DNA from: an uncultured Candidatus Saccharibacteria bacterium
GTDB taxonomy: Bacteria > Patescibacteriota > Minisyncoccia > Phycocordibacterales > DATDWN01
Length of the DNA stretch: 56,298 nucleotides
Assembly (NCBI GenBank): GCA_964428435.1
Contig: CAYRYA010000002.1
Coordinates: 43,687-99,984 of the forward strand
Direction of reading: 5' to 3'
Under the pieces are notes generated by a model. That model did no database searches, was not told the origin of the DNA, and saw nothing but the letters and a program-made list of their open reading frames with translations. Every line of letters begins with the position of its first letter. Within the stretch, counting starts at the first letter, position 1. Of this stretch, positions 34,288-43,155 are shown in pieces. A program made the position numbers and the translations under genes.

Positions 34288-35369
34288 TTTTCTTTTATAC
34301 ACTCGGTCTTATATTAGTTCTTACAATCATCGTATTTTTCTACGTCACACATTCTCGGACAACATCTACACATAAACATCATAAAACACAAGCGGGCTTA
34401 CGGAGACATCATAGCAATCCCTTACTATCTCCTCGTCCGTATACACACTGGCAGGCAGGAGGCACATTTAATCCAACTGCATTTACGGATGATGATGGTC
34501 GAGTACACATCATCTATAGAGCTGTAGGGGGAGATGGTGTCTCTCGTCTCGGATATGCTTCAAGTAAAGATGGTCTCCATTTTGATGATCATGAAAATTA
34601 TCCTGTATTTTCAATCGAATATCCTGAGCAATCACTCACTCCACGACGATACGATCCAGTGTTGTATCCTTCGGGAGGTAGTTTTGGTGGATGTGAAGAT
34701 CCTCGAATGGTTTGTATTGATGAAAGAATATATGTAACCTTTAGTGCATTTGATAATTGGGGATCAATCCGCATCGGTGTGATTTCTATTTTAAAACATG
34801 ATTTGGTGAATAAGCGATGGAACTGGAGTGCTCCAATTCTTATTTCACCTGAAAAAGATGTGCATAAAAACTGGGTACTATTTCCTGAAAAAATACACGG
34901 AAAATTTGCAATCATACACAGCATTGTGCCTGAGATCATGATTGAGTACGTAGACTCTCTCGATGCTCGACTCAAACCGATTAGTAGTCCACGAAAACCA
35001 GGTCCTCAACCAGGTAGAGAGGAATTTTGGGATAACCAGATGCGCGGAGCTGGTCCACCACCAATTAAAACTAAAGATGGTTGGTTGTTGCTTTACCATG
35101 CATGTAGCCACGGTGATCATCGATATAAACTTGGCGCAATGCTTCTTGATCTCGATAATCCTACTCGGATTATTGGACGGTCTTCTCAGCCAATACTTAC
35201 TTCAGATGAATGGTATGAAAATGATTGGAAACCGGGTGTGGTGTATGCATGTGGTGCAGTGGTGAGAGGGGATGTACTTCATGTGTACTACGGTGGAGGA
35301 GACAAACATATTTGTGTAGCCCAAACATCATTACCAGAATTACTCGTTTCTTTACGTAACAGTTATTAA
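34284..35369 (+). CDS. GH130/DUF377-family glycoside phosphorylase/hydrolase-like protein with an N-terminal TM anchor
   Basis: TM helix FFYTLGLILVLTIIVFFYV, then FNPTAF, YRAVG, LGYASSKDGLHF, GCEDPR and YYGGGD blocks. Confidence 0.8.
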   Translation: MIFFYTLGLILVLTIIVFFYVTHSRTTSTHKHHKTQAGLRRHHSNPLLSPRPYTHWQAGGTFNPTAFTDDDGRVHIIYRAVGGDGVSRLGYASSKDGLHFDDHENYPVFSIEYPEQSLTPRRYDPVLYPSGGSFGGCEDPRMVCIDERIYVTFSAFDNWGSIRIGVISILKHDLVNKRWNWSAPILISPEKDVHKNWVLFPEKIHGKFAIIHSIVPEIMIEYVDSLDARLKPISSPRKPGPQPGREEFWDNQMRGAGPPPIKTKDGWLLLYHACSHGDHRYKLGAMLLDLDNPTRIIGRSSQPILTSDEWYENDWKPGVVYACGAVVRGDVLHVYYGGGDKHICVAQTSLPELLVSLRNSY

Positions 35370-35381
35370 TTATTATCGCAT

Positions 35382-37280
35382 ATGTTTACACTGAATCGTT
35401 TTGAGTATAATCCGCTCTTATCTCCCAAAAAAGAACATCCATGGGAAGCGTACGCAGCATTTAATCCATCTCCAGCACAACATGGTGATAAGAAGTTTTT
35501 GATATACCGAGCGATGTCTGAACCAGATGAATTGCGAGAACCTCATATACAACTATCGGTGATTGGAAGTGCATCGTCATCAGATGGTGTGTTGTATACA
35601 GACCGAAGTGTTTTAGTGGCACCACAAGAATCGTATGATCAGTATGGATGTGAAGATCCTCGAGTAACAAAACTCGGAGATACATATTATGTGTTTTACA
35701 CAGCTCTCGGAGGTGTGCCTTTTAGTGCTGACAATATTCGAGTTGCAGTAGCACTCACAAAAGATTTAAAGAATATAGACGAACGTCATAAAGTGACTCC
35801 GTTTAATGCGAAGGCGATGACGATGTTTCCTGAAAAAATAAATGGGAAAGTTGCAGTATTGTTGTCGTACCATACAGATGTTCCACCTTCAGATATATGT
35901 TATGCAGAATGCGATCAAGTTGAAGATTTATGGAGTGAATCGTATTGGAGTGAGTGGCAAAAGACACTTGATTCACATAAGTTGTCACTTAGACGTACCG
36001 AACGCGATCATTTGGAACTCGGTTCAACTCCAGTTAAAACAAAGGAAGGGTGGCTTGTAGTATATTCTCATGTTCAAAATTACAATAATGGAGCACCTGT
36101 ATTTGGTGTGGAAATTGTACTACTTGATCTCGAGAACCCTCGTAAAGTTATCGGAAGAACAAAAGGTCCATGTATGGTACCTGAAGCATACTATGAAAAG
36201 GTTGGACAAGTTGCACATATTACATTTCCTACTGGTGCAGAAATAGAAGGAAGTAATTTTGTTATTTATTATGGAGCGTCTGATACTCATTGCTGTAAAG
36301 CAACCATACCACTCGATAATCTGCTGACGAGTTTGATCAATCCACACATGGACTCTATTGTGCGATATCCAGGTAATCCAATCATTATTCCTCGTCCGGG
36401 TATGGTATTTGAAGCAGGGGGAACACTGAATCCTGGTGCGGTGGACATAGATGGTACTGTGCATATTTTGTATCGTGCAGTTGCAGAAGGGAATATATCA
36501 ACAATAGGCTATGCTACGTCACGTGATGGGTTGTCGATAGACTATCGCCATGATACACCAGTGTATGTTCCACGAGCGCCGTTTGAGATGAATGAAACAG
36601 GTGGTGCTCATGGGTGTGAAGATCCTCGACTGATACGGATCGGAGATACACTGTATATGTTGTATACAGCATACAATGGTGTAACTCCGAGAGTTGCACT
36701 TACTTCAATTTCAATAGAACATTTTTTGGCTCATGCATGGGATATGTGGGAGATGCCTCGAGCGATTAGTCCTGAAGGGGTTGTTGATAAAGATGCTATT
36801 TTCATACCAGAACCTATTAATGGTGCATATATGGTTATTCATCGTATTGGCAATCATGTGTGTGCGGATTTTGTACCGAGTCTACATCTCGATGAGGTTG
36901 TGTTGAAAGAATGTATTGATATTATTTCTCCCCGAAAAGGTATGTGGGACGGTGGTAAAGTAGGTATCTCTACACCTGCAATCAAAACAAAACAAGGATG
37001 GCTTGTGTTGTATCACGGTGTTTCTTCGAGTACAACATACCGTGTAGGGTGTGTATTGTTAGATCTTGAAAATCCAACAATTGTGAGAGCGCGAACAGCT
37101 ATACCATTTTTTGAACCAATTGAAGAATATGAACAAAAGGGCGTTGTAGCACATGTTGTGTTTCCATGTGGGATTATTGAGCGAAATGGTGAAGTGTATA
37201 TATATTATGGTGCAGCGGATGATAAGGTTGGAGTCGCAACTATTTCACTTGATAAACTATTAGCTATGCTTACTGTATAA
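35382..37280 (+). CDS. Tandem (double) GH130/DUF377 protein
   Basis: 632 aa. The block set occurs twice: FNPSPA...YRAMS...GSASSSDG...GCEDPR...YYGASD, then LNPGAV...YRAVA...IGYATSRDG...GCEDPR...YYGAAD. Confidence 0.85.
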   Translation: MFTLNRFEYNPLLSPKKEHPWEAYAAFNPSPAQHGDKKFLIYRAMSEPDELREPHIQLSVIGSASSSDGVLYTDRSVLVAPQESYDQYGCEDPRVTKLGDTYYVFYTALGGVPFSADNIRVAVALTKDLKNIDERHKVTPFNAKAMTMFPEKINGKVAVLLSYHTDVPPSDICYAECDQVEDLWSESYWSEWQKTLDSHKLSLRRTERDHLELGSTPVKTKEGWLVVYSHVQNYNNGAPVFGVEIVLLDLENPRKVIGRTKGPCMVPEAYYEKVGQVAHITFPTGAEIEGSNFVIYYGASDTHCCKATIPLDNLLTSLINPHMDSIVRYPGNPIIIPRPGMVFEAGGTLNPGAVDIDGTVHILYRAVAEGNISTIGYATSRDGLSIDYRHDTPVYVPRAPFEMNETGGAHGCEDPRLIRIGDTLYMLYTAYNGVTPRVALTSISIEHFLAHAWDMWEMPRAISPEGVVDKDAIFIPEPINGAYMVIHRIGNHVCADFVPSLHLDEVVLKECIDIISPRKGMWDGGKVGISTPAIKTKQGWLVLYHGVSSSTTYRVGCVLLDLENPTIVRARTAIPFFEPIEEYEQKGVVAHVVFPCGIIERNGEVYIYYGAADDKVGVATISLDKLLAMLTV

Positions 37281-37287
37281 TATATCT

Positions 37288-38037
37288 ATGTCTTTTACAG
37301 AAGCGAAACTTATTATATTTGATTTAGACTCAACGCTTGCAGAGAGTAAATCAACACTTACGCATTCAATGGTTGAGATATTAGAGCGGTTAATGAGTAT
37401 TAAAAAAGTAGCAATTGTTTCTGGAGGTAATTTTCCTCAATTCGAAAAACAAGTTCTCACTCCGTTCACTCATCATGAGTGTTTTCGAAATCTGTATTTG
37501 ATGCCAACTTCAGGTACACGTCTGTATGTGTACGAAAATAATATGTGGACATGTGTATTTTCAAGAGATCTCACTCCCGAAGAAAAACAAAAAATTACAA
37601 ATGCTTTTTCTACTGTGCTCAATCATGTGCCTATTGTTTTTCCTGCAGAAATGTATGGAGAGCGCCTTGAAGACCGAGGGTCACAAATGAGCTTTTCTGC
37701 TCTTGGGCAAAATGCACCTGTTTCTGTAAAGGCGTTGTGGGACTCCGATCACAAAAAACGGGAAGAAATAGTACGAGAGCTCAAGAAAATAATTCCCGAA
37801 TTTAATATTCAAATCGGAGGTATGACTACTATCGATGTAACTGCACTGGGTGCCAACAAAGCAACTGCTATTGATCGATTGCAAGAGTATTTAAAATTAA
37901 CCGATGAAGAGGTGATTTTCGTAGGAGACGCTTTGTTTCCTGGAGGGAATGATTATCCTGCGATTTCTACAGGAGTGGAGTGTATCAAAGTCCAAAATCC
38001 CGCTCATACTGAAAAACTCATACAATCTTGGTTTTAA
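37288..38037 (+). CDS. HAD-IIB hydrolase (phosphomannomutase/sugar-phosphatase-like)
   Basis: IIFDLDSTLA (DxD), VAIVSGGN and VGDALFPGGNDY. Confidence 0.75.
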   Translation: MSFTEAKLIIFDLDSTLAESKSTLTHSMVEILERLMSIKKVAIVSGGNFPQFEKQVLTPFTHHECFRNLYLMPTSGTRLYVYENNMWTCVFSRDLTPEEKQKITNAFSTVLNHVPIVFPAEMYGERLEDRGSQMSFSALGQNAPVSVKALWDSDHKKREEIVRELKKIIPEFNIQIGGMTTIDVTALGANKATAIDRLQEYLKLTDEEVIFVGDALFPGGNDYPAISTGVECIKVQNPAHTEKLIQSWF

Positions 38038-38062
38038 CCCATCTCTGTGGTATATTTTTTGT

Positions 38063-39409
38063 ATGAATCGAACATATATTGGGGAACTAAGCTCACATGT
38101 AGGTGAGACCGTATTAATCAAAGGGTGGGTAGCTGTACGTCGAGATCAGGGAAAGATGGTCTTTATGGACTTTCGTGATATGTCAGGAGTAGTGCAGTGT
38201 GTCGTATTACCAAACCATATTGAAGCAATTAGTGCTATAAAAGATGTGCGCCTCGAATGGGCACTCAGTATTACTGGTATTGTAAACAAACGTCCAGAGA
38301 AAAATGTAAAAACAGGAGTACTTAATGGAAATGTTGAGCTCGAGGTTACTGGGCTTGAAATTTTAGCAGAAGCTGCACCACTTCCGTTTGATATGTCTGT
38401 TGATGGGTATAACCTTGATCTTACGACAGAACTTGATAATAGGGCACTTGTGCTACGTCAGCCAAAAATACAAGCTATCTTCAAAGTACAAGAAACAGTT
38501 ATTGATTCATTTAGGGAGTTCATGAAGCAGAATAAGTTTTTTGAATTTCAAGCTCCTGCCATAACTCCTGCAACAGCAGAAGGAGGGGCGGAGGTTTTTC
38601 AAGTTGATTATTTTGATAAAAAAGCATACCTCTCTCAGTCGCCACAGTTGTATAAGCAGATTGTAATGTCAGCATTTGAACGATGTTTTTCTGTAAACAA
38701 AGTGTTCCGTGCAGAACCTTCATCAACAACAAGACATCTTACTGAAATTGTTTCCTTGGACGCGGAAATGGCTTTTATTGATTCGTGGAAAGATGTGCGA
38801 GATATGGCAGAAGAAACAGTGCGTTTTATCTTGAAACAAATTGAGCTCAAAAATTCTGAACATATCAAGACTCTTGGAGCAACTCTTCCTGTTATGATTG
38901 AAAAAACACCAACACTTTCTCTTTCAGAAGTTCAGGAGAAAATATTTCAGAAATTTGGTCGTGATGTGAGAGGGGAGAAAGATACAAATCCACAAGATGA
39001 AAGAGAGATATGTGAAATCATAAAAGAAGAAACTGGTTCTGATTTTGTCTTTATTTATGGATATCCAACAAGAAAGAAACCTTTTTATGTTTATCCAAAC
39101 CCTGAAAATCCTGAATTCAATGAGGGTATGGACCTAATTTGTCGAGGGGTTGAATGGCTTTCAGGCGGTCGACGTATTAATAACTACGAGCAGCTCATGA
39201 AGCATGTCGAGCTGTGGAATATGGATCCAGAGAAAATAAAAATGTTTCTTCAGGCGTTCAAGTATGGAGTGCCTCCTGAAGGTGGTTTTGCTTTTGGTGC
39301 GGAACGCATTACAATGCAAATTCTAGGTCTTAAAAATGTTCGTGAAGCTTCAATGTTTCCACGTGATATGAATAGAATAGATGAAAAATTAAGTGCGGAT
39401 GGATTTTAA
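38063..39409 (+). CDS. aspS: Aspartate--tRNA ligase, short archaeal/eukaryal type
   Basis: 448 aa from Met39 of the ORF-track entry. It has an OB-fold N-terminus (GWVAVRRDQGKMVFMDFRD), motif 2 FRAEPSSTTRHLTE and motif 3 GFAFGAERI. Confidence 0.9.
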   Translation: MNRTYIGELSSHVGETVLIKGWVAVRRDQGKMVFMDFRDMSGVVQCVVLPNHIEAISAIKDVRLEWALSITGIVNKRPEKNVKTGVLNGNVELEVTGLEILAEAAPLPFDMSVDGYNLDLTTELDNRALVLRQPKIQAIFKVQETVIDSFREFMKQNKFFEFQAPAITPATAEGGAEVFQVDYFDKKAYLSQSPQLYKQIVMSAFERCFSVNKVFRAEPSSTTRHLTEIVSLDAEMAFIDSWKDVRDMAEETVRFILKQIELKNSEHIKTLGATLPVMIEKTPTLSLSEVQEKIFQKFGRDVRGEKDTNPQDEREICEIIKEETGSDFVFIYGYPTRKKPFYVYPNPENPEFNEGMDLICRGVEWLSGGRRINNYEQLMKHVELWNMDPEKIKMFLQAFKYGVPPEGGFAFGAERITMQILGLKNVREASMFPRDMNRIDEKLSADGF

Positions 39410-39538
39410 CTGTGATCTTATTTGCTAAAACAGGTGAGGGAAGAGATCCGATGATGCAGTCTCCGGCAGAAATCTCTCCAGAGCAACTCCTTGAACTCAA
39501 CATTTCACTGATGCAAAAGAAAAAAATATAAGATTGTA

Positions 39539-39567
39539 AAAACTACAGGGTGCTCTCTGTAGTTTTT
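39539..39567 (+). terminator. Intrinsic terminator
   Basis: A 10-bp stem (aaaactacag / ctgtagtttt) with an 8-nt loop, followed by a T-run. Confidence 0.6.
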
Positions 39568-39573
39568 ATATAT

Positions 39574-39604
39574 ACAAAATGCCGGTGACCAAAAGGTCAC
39601 CGGC
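39574..39604 (-). terminator. Intrinsic terminator of the minus-strand orphan gene
   Basis: A 10-bp GC-rich stem (gccggtgacc / ggtcaccggc) with loop aaaa. On the minus strand, cattttg follows it. Confidence 0.7.
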
Positions 39605-39614
39605 TCTTCATTTA

Positions 39615-40532
39615 CTACAGGTAGCGTTTAACTTCATCATCTTTGGACCACCACTCCTGTGGTGGCCCAAAGGGCATGTTTCTTTGATCAGGTTGTTCTG
39701 GCAGATCGATAATCTGCCTTCGAAAAACCTCCCTCGCCTCCCAAATTCCCATCACGACATATATCGTCGTGTGTGGGCCGTAAGGAGCCCGACCGTCTTT
39801 TGACTGGACGCACAGTACTACACATTTTCTTCCGTGACTATCCTGGATTTCCTTCTCCAGGAATGCCGTGTAGTCCGGGGCAAAATTGCCCACGACTGTC
39901 ACAGCTAGGTTTCCACCAAAATACTCGGTCGATTTCTGACACGGTTTTCTTTTCAATTGTGGCAGTTTGCGTCCGGTGTGAGACATAAGTATTGCATCAC
40001 ACAGGTTGTAAAACAACGACACTGCTTTTGGATCATCGATGGTGTAGCCATCGATGATCACACACTGCTTCTCCCCAGTCAGCTTAATATCCCAAGGTAC
40101 CCCTTTCGGGATACTAAAGATTAGTGCAGGGGAACCATCGTACCTCTTCCCTACACTAAGGTATTTGCTGAAATGCTCCACCGCCGCAAGTGTTTCTTCG
40201 GGATACGGCGGTATTGCTACCGCAAACTCGTCGTTATTTTGGTATCGTTGTCGTAATAGTTCCTTGTCTTTCTCGTGGTAAGACAAATCATAGGAGCTTC
40301 TCTCCTCTTTATCCGCTTTCTCAATTTCAAGAAATTGGATGATTTCTCCTTCGGTGACATCAGCTTTATACTTCCGGCCGAAGTCCCACGTCTTTTGCTT
40401 ATTTGTTATTTTCTTTGCCAAAGGGTACCCCTCGGCATAGCCCCTAGTACCGTTCAGCTCAAACGTTCTGCCGTCGGCACATTCTCCGGCCATCCCGGAG
40501 TTACTGCTATAAATACAAAATTTCACAAGCAT
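39615..40532 (-). CDS. Hypothetical protein (305 aa), orphan, visibly higher GC
   Basis: The start is trimmed to Met17, which is preceded by the SD AAGGAGGGG (MLVKFCIYSS...). No recognisable motif. Confidence 0.7.
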   Translation of the reverse strand: MLVKFCIYSSNSGMAGECADGRTFELNGTRGYAEGYPLAKKITNKQKTWDFGRKYKADVTEGEIIQFLEIEKADKEERSSYDLSYHEKDKELLRQRYQNNDEFAVAIPPYPEETLAAVEHFSKYLSVGKRYDGSPALIFSIPKGVPWDIKLTGEKQCVIIDGYTIDDPKAVSLFYNLCDAILMSHTGRKLPQLKRKPCQKSTEYFGGNLAVTVVGNFAPDYTAFLEKEIQDSHGRKCVVLCVQSKDGRAPYGPHTTIYVVMGIWEAREVFRRQIIDLPEQPDQRNMPFGPPQEWWSKDDEVKRYL

Positions 40533-40662
40533 TTTCCCCTCCTTAAGGGTTTTTACTACACATACGTGTGCCTGCCACAAAGTGGTTCAGGTGTATGTGT
40601 AGTTACTGCATTTTTCAGACCCCTTCGCATCGGGGAAAATGTCTTACCAAAGGTATTTCTAC

Positions 40663-40720
40663 CATGGAAGACGATGTGTGTAGATAGGGAAGTATATACC
40701 TCCACACATCGTCTTCCATG
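40663..40720 (-). promoter_or_regulatory. Perfect 18-bp inverted repeat inside the 5' leader of the orphan gene
   Basis: catggaagacgatgtgtg (40663-40680) and cacacatcgtcttccatg (40703-40720), with a 22-nt loop. Confidence 0.7.
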
Positions 40721-40750
40721 AACGGGTATATCAATGAACTGTATGGTTAT

Positions 40751-40816
40751 ATTATATACCATATACATATATTTGTCAAGTAGTTAGTTGACAAATATAT
40801 ACATATTATTTACTAT
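40751..40816. promoter_or_regulatory. Divergent near-consensus promoters embedded in a 13-bp-arm palindrome
   Basis: Minus strand: TTGACA (40779-40774), 17 nt, TATAAT (40756-40751). Plus strand: TTGACA (40788-40793), 17 nt, TACTAT (40811-40816). The palindrome is atatatttgtcaa / ttgacaaatatat (40767-40800). Confidence 0.6.
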
Positions 40817-40956
40817 AAAAAAGTAATGGAAAATTGTGCAACACAGCTGAATATGCGAAAAACCCACCGAGATACATCAATCTTCGGGTATTTTACCTAT
40901 ATTTCTGTGTTGCCACGGCTCCTGTAGCTGACTATACAATCTTTAATCTCCTAAAG

Positions 40957-40990
40957 AATCCGTGGCTTTACAGAAGCTACGGATTTTTTG
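40957..40990 (+). terminator. Intrinsic terminator / attenuator upstream of the GNAT gene
   Basis: Stem aatccgtggc / gctacggatt, followed by T6. It lies 30 nt upstream of the 41022 ATG. Confidence 0.65.
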
Positions 40991-41021
40991 TAAAGCATGT
41001 TGTTCTTTCAAAGGAGAAGAA

Positions 41022-41618
41022 ATGTCCAACACTATCGAAGAAAAAGAACCTGTTGTGTTTTTGATGGGTAAACGCATTTACATGCGCCCCGTTGAACTCG
41101 CTGACGCCCCTGTTTTGCAGCGGTATGCAAATGACCCTGGGGTAAGACGAATGGTTAGTAACCAGTTTCCACACTCTTTGATTTCTGAAGAAGAGTGGAT
41201 CAAAAAGTTATCGAAGGATAGTACGAAAGAAGTTGTTCTCGGTATTGTACTCAAGGATACTGATCAGGTGATCGGTGTCATGGGTTTACATCACATCAAT
41301 TGGAAAGATCGTACCGCTACTACCGGCGCAATTATCGGAAAAGAAGAGTGGCGAGGAAAAGGGTACGGTACTGAAGCAAAGATGCTTTTTCTTAACCATG
41401 CGTTCAACGAACTGAACTTACGAAAAATTTGTTCAGTTGCTCTTGAATTTAATCAGTTGAGTTTAGGTTTCAATGCTAAATGTGGGTACAAAGAAGAAGG
41501 TCGCCAAAAAAAGCATGTGTTTGTAAATGGTGACTATGTCGACGTAGTTCTCACTGCAGTGTTTCGAGAAGATTTTCTTCCTTTATGGAAAGTATACAAA
41601 GAAAAGTATCCTTCCTAG
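41022..41618 (+). CDS. GNAT N-acetyltransferase (RimJ/RimL-like)
   Basis: 198 aa from the Met preceded by the SD aaaGGAGaag. It has LRPVELADAP..., GKGYGTEA and the NxxSxxxxxKxGY-like block NQLSLGFNAKCGY. Confidence 0.8.
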   Translation: MSNTIEEKEPVVFLMGKRIYMRPVELADAPVLQRYANDPGVRRMVSNQFPHSLISEEEWIKKLSKDSTKEVVLGIVLKDTDQVIGVMGLHHINWKDRTATTGAIIGKEEWRGKGYGTEAKMLFLNHAFNELNLRKICSVALEFNQLSLGFNAKCGYKEEGRQKKHVFVNGDYVDVVLTAVFREDFLPLWKVYKEKYPS

Positions 41619-41621
41619 AAC

Positions 41622-41657
41622 AATCGTCCAAGGACTCCCCTTGGACGATTATTTTTT
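41622..41657 (+). terminator. Intrinsic terminator built on the TCCAAGGACTCCCCTTGGA palindromic repeat
   Basis: A 12-bp stem (aatcgtccaagg / ccttggacgatt) with loop actcc, followed by T6. The same 19-mer recurs at 54883-54901 and inverted at 54917-54935. Confidence 0.75.
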
Positions 41658-41670
41658 AACATCGTGGCAC

Positions 41671-41764
41671 AAAAAAAGGAGGATCACGCAACAACACCAG
41701 CATTAGGTTGTTGAGATATCCTCCAAAAGCAAGAGTGTCAGTACAAGAGACTGTAATGTCTTCT
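41671..41764 (-). ncRNA. Candidate small RNA (~94 nt)
   Basis: The minus-strand promoter is TTGAGC (41799-41794), 17 nt, TATAGT (41776-41771). The minus-strand terminator is ggaggat..caacaac / gttgttg..atcctcc (41678-41724) followed by T7. Confidence 0.3.
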
Positions 41765-41856
41765 TTATATACTATATACGCTACAGTGCATGTGCTCAAG
41801 CGCATCTGGGGACAGTCGTTATAGAGTGTCTCGGTGTTTTACGGTATGATACATGA

Positions 41857-42588
41857 GTGGATACAATCGATTATAATGTCAAAACAGATGTGTTCGAAGG
41901 ACCGCTCGATGTCCTGCTATCAATGATTGAAAAAAGAAAACTTTCAATTAGTGATATTTCTCTTGCAAAAGTGGCGGATGATTATGTTGAATATGTACGC
42001 AGTCAAACAGATTTTCCTCTTTCAGATTCGGCTTCATTTATCTTGATTGCATCAACATTGGTACTCATTAAGTCAAAGTCTCTTCTCCCAACCCTTTCAC
42101 TTTCGGAAGAAGAAGAAAAAAATATTGATGATTTGGAAACACGACTCACACTTCATCAGTACTATAAACATAAGGCTGCTTTACTTAAGCGTATGTTTGG
42201 GGCGAGTATTCTTTTTTCACAGGTTCCTAAAAAACAAACCACAATAGTGTTTACACCAGATAAAAAAACAAACCTTGCTTCACTGAAAGAGGTGATTGTG
42301 AATGTTATCTTGAACATGCCTCAACCTAAAGTTGTGGCACATACCACAGTGCGTAAAGTTATGAGTTTAGAGGAAGCGATCGTGAGTTTAACAGACCGTA
42401 TTGGTCGTCATCTCAAACTCAATTTTAAAGAATTTGCGGGTGTGGGAAAACAAGAAAAAGTTGCGGTAGTGGTGCATTTTTTGGCAATGCTCGAATTGGT
42501 TAAACAAGGAGTAATACAGGTGCATCAAGAACGACCTTTTCATGATATCCAAATGGAAAGTAGTATTGTGGGGGTTCCTCGTTACTAA
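41857..42588 (+). CDS. scpA: Segregation and condensation protein A
   Basis: GTG start. FEGPLDVLLSMIEKRKLSISDISLAKVADDY is the ScpA signature. Confidence 0.9.
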   Translation: MDTIDYNVKTDVFEGPLDVLLSMIEKRKLSISDISLAKVADDYVEYVRSQTDFPLSDSASFILIASTLVLIKSKSLLPTLSLSEEEEKNIDDLETRLTLHQYYKHKAALLKRMFGASILFSQVPKKQTTIVFTPDKKTNLASLKEVIVNVILNMPQPKVVAHTTVRKVMSLEEAIVSLTDRIGRHLKLNFKEFAGVGKQEKVAVVVHFLAMLELVKQGVIQVHQERPFHDIQMESSIVGVPRY

Positions 42589-42615
42589 GCTTTTATATGT
42601 AACATTCATCCTATT

Positions 42616-43155
42616 ATGATTGAACAAAAAATAGAATCAATATTGTTTTATAAAAATGAACCTGTAGCACTAAAAGATTTGGTGGAGTGGCTTGAAGTGT
42701 CTGAGGAAGAAGTACGTCGAGGGCTCGATATGCTTAGACAAAATTTGTCACACAGAGGTATCCTTTTATTAGAGAATAAGGAAGAATACTCACTAGTTAC
42801 TCATCCAGACAGTGCGCCACTTATTGAAAAAATAGTAAAAGATGAATTATCTAAAGATTTGTCACAAGCATCTCTCGAAACATTGGCGATAGTGGCATAT
42901 AAAAGTCCAGTCACTCGAAAAGAAATAGAGTATATTCGAGGAGTAAATGCGGGATTTTCAATTAGAAATCTCTTGTTGCGTGGGCTGATAGAAAAAATTC
43001 CAAGTAAGCTTGATGAGAGGATTTACCTGTACACACCCACCTCCGATGCGTTAAAATACTTAGGTATCACATCTGTACAAGAATTACCTGAATACGAGGC
43101 GGTCAAAAAAGAAATTGATCACCGCAGTAGTGCACTTCAACAAACTGAAGAATAA
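42616..43155 (+). CDS. scpB: Segregation and condensation protein B
   Basis: IESILFYKNEPVALKDL and LETLAIVAYKSPVTRKEIEYIRGVN (a tandem winged helix). Confidence 0.9.
   Translation: MIEQKIESILFYKNEPVALKDLVEWLEVSEEEVRRGLDMLRQNLSHRGILLLENKEEYSLVTHPDSAPLIEKIVKDELSKDLSQASLETLAIVAYKSPVTRKEIEYIRGVNAGFSIRNLLLRGLIEKIPSKLDERIYLYTPTSDALKYLGITSVQELPEYEAVKKEIDHRSSALQQTEE

Noticed and set aside
39451-39531. 26-codon ORF (MMQSPAEISPEQLLELNISLMQKKKI) after aspS.
   Set aside because: It has only a weak SD-like sequence, no supporting signal beyond a downstream hairpin, and is very short. It is noted but not called as a gene.
40275-40721. 148-aa plus-strand ORF spanning the orphan gene's 5' end and its leader.
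   Set aside because: It lies opposite a gene with a strong SD and promoter, has no start context, and crosses the 18-bp inverted repeat. It is most likely spurious.
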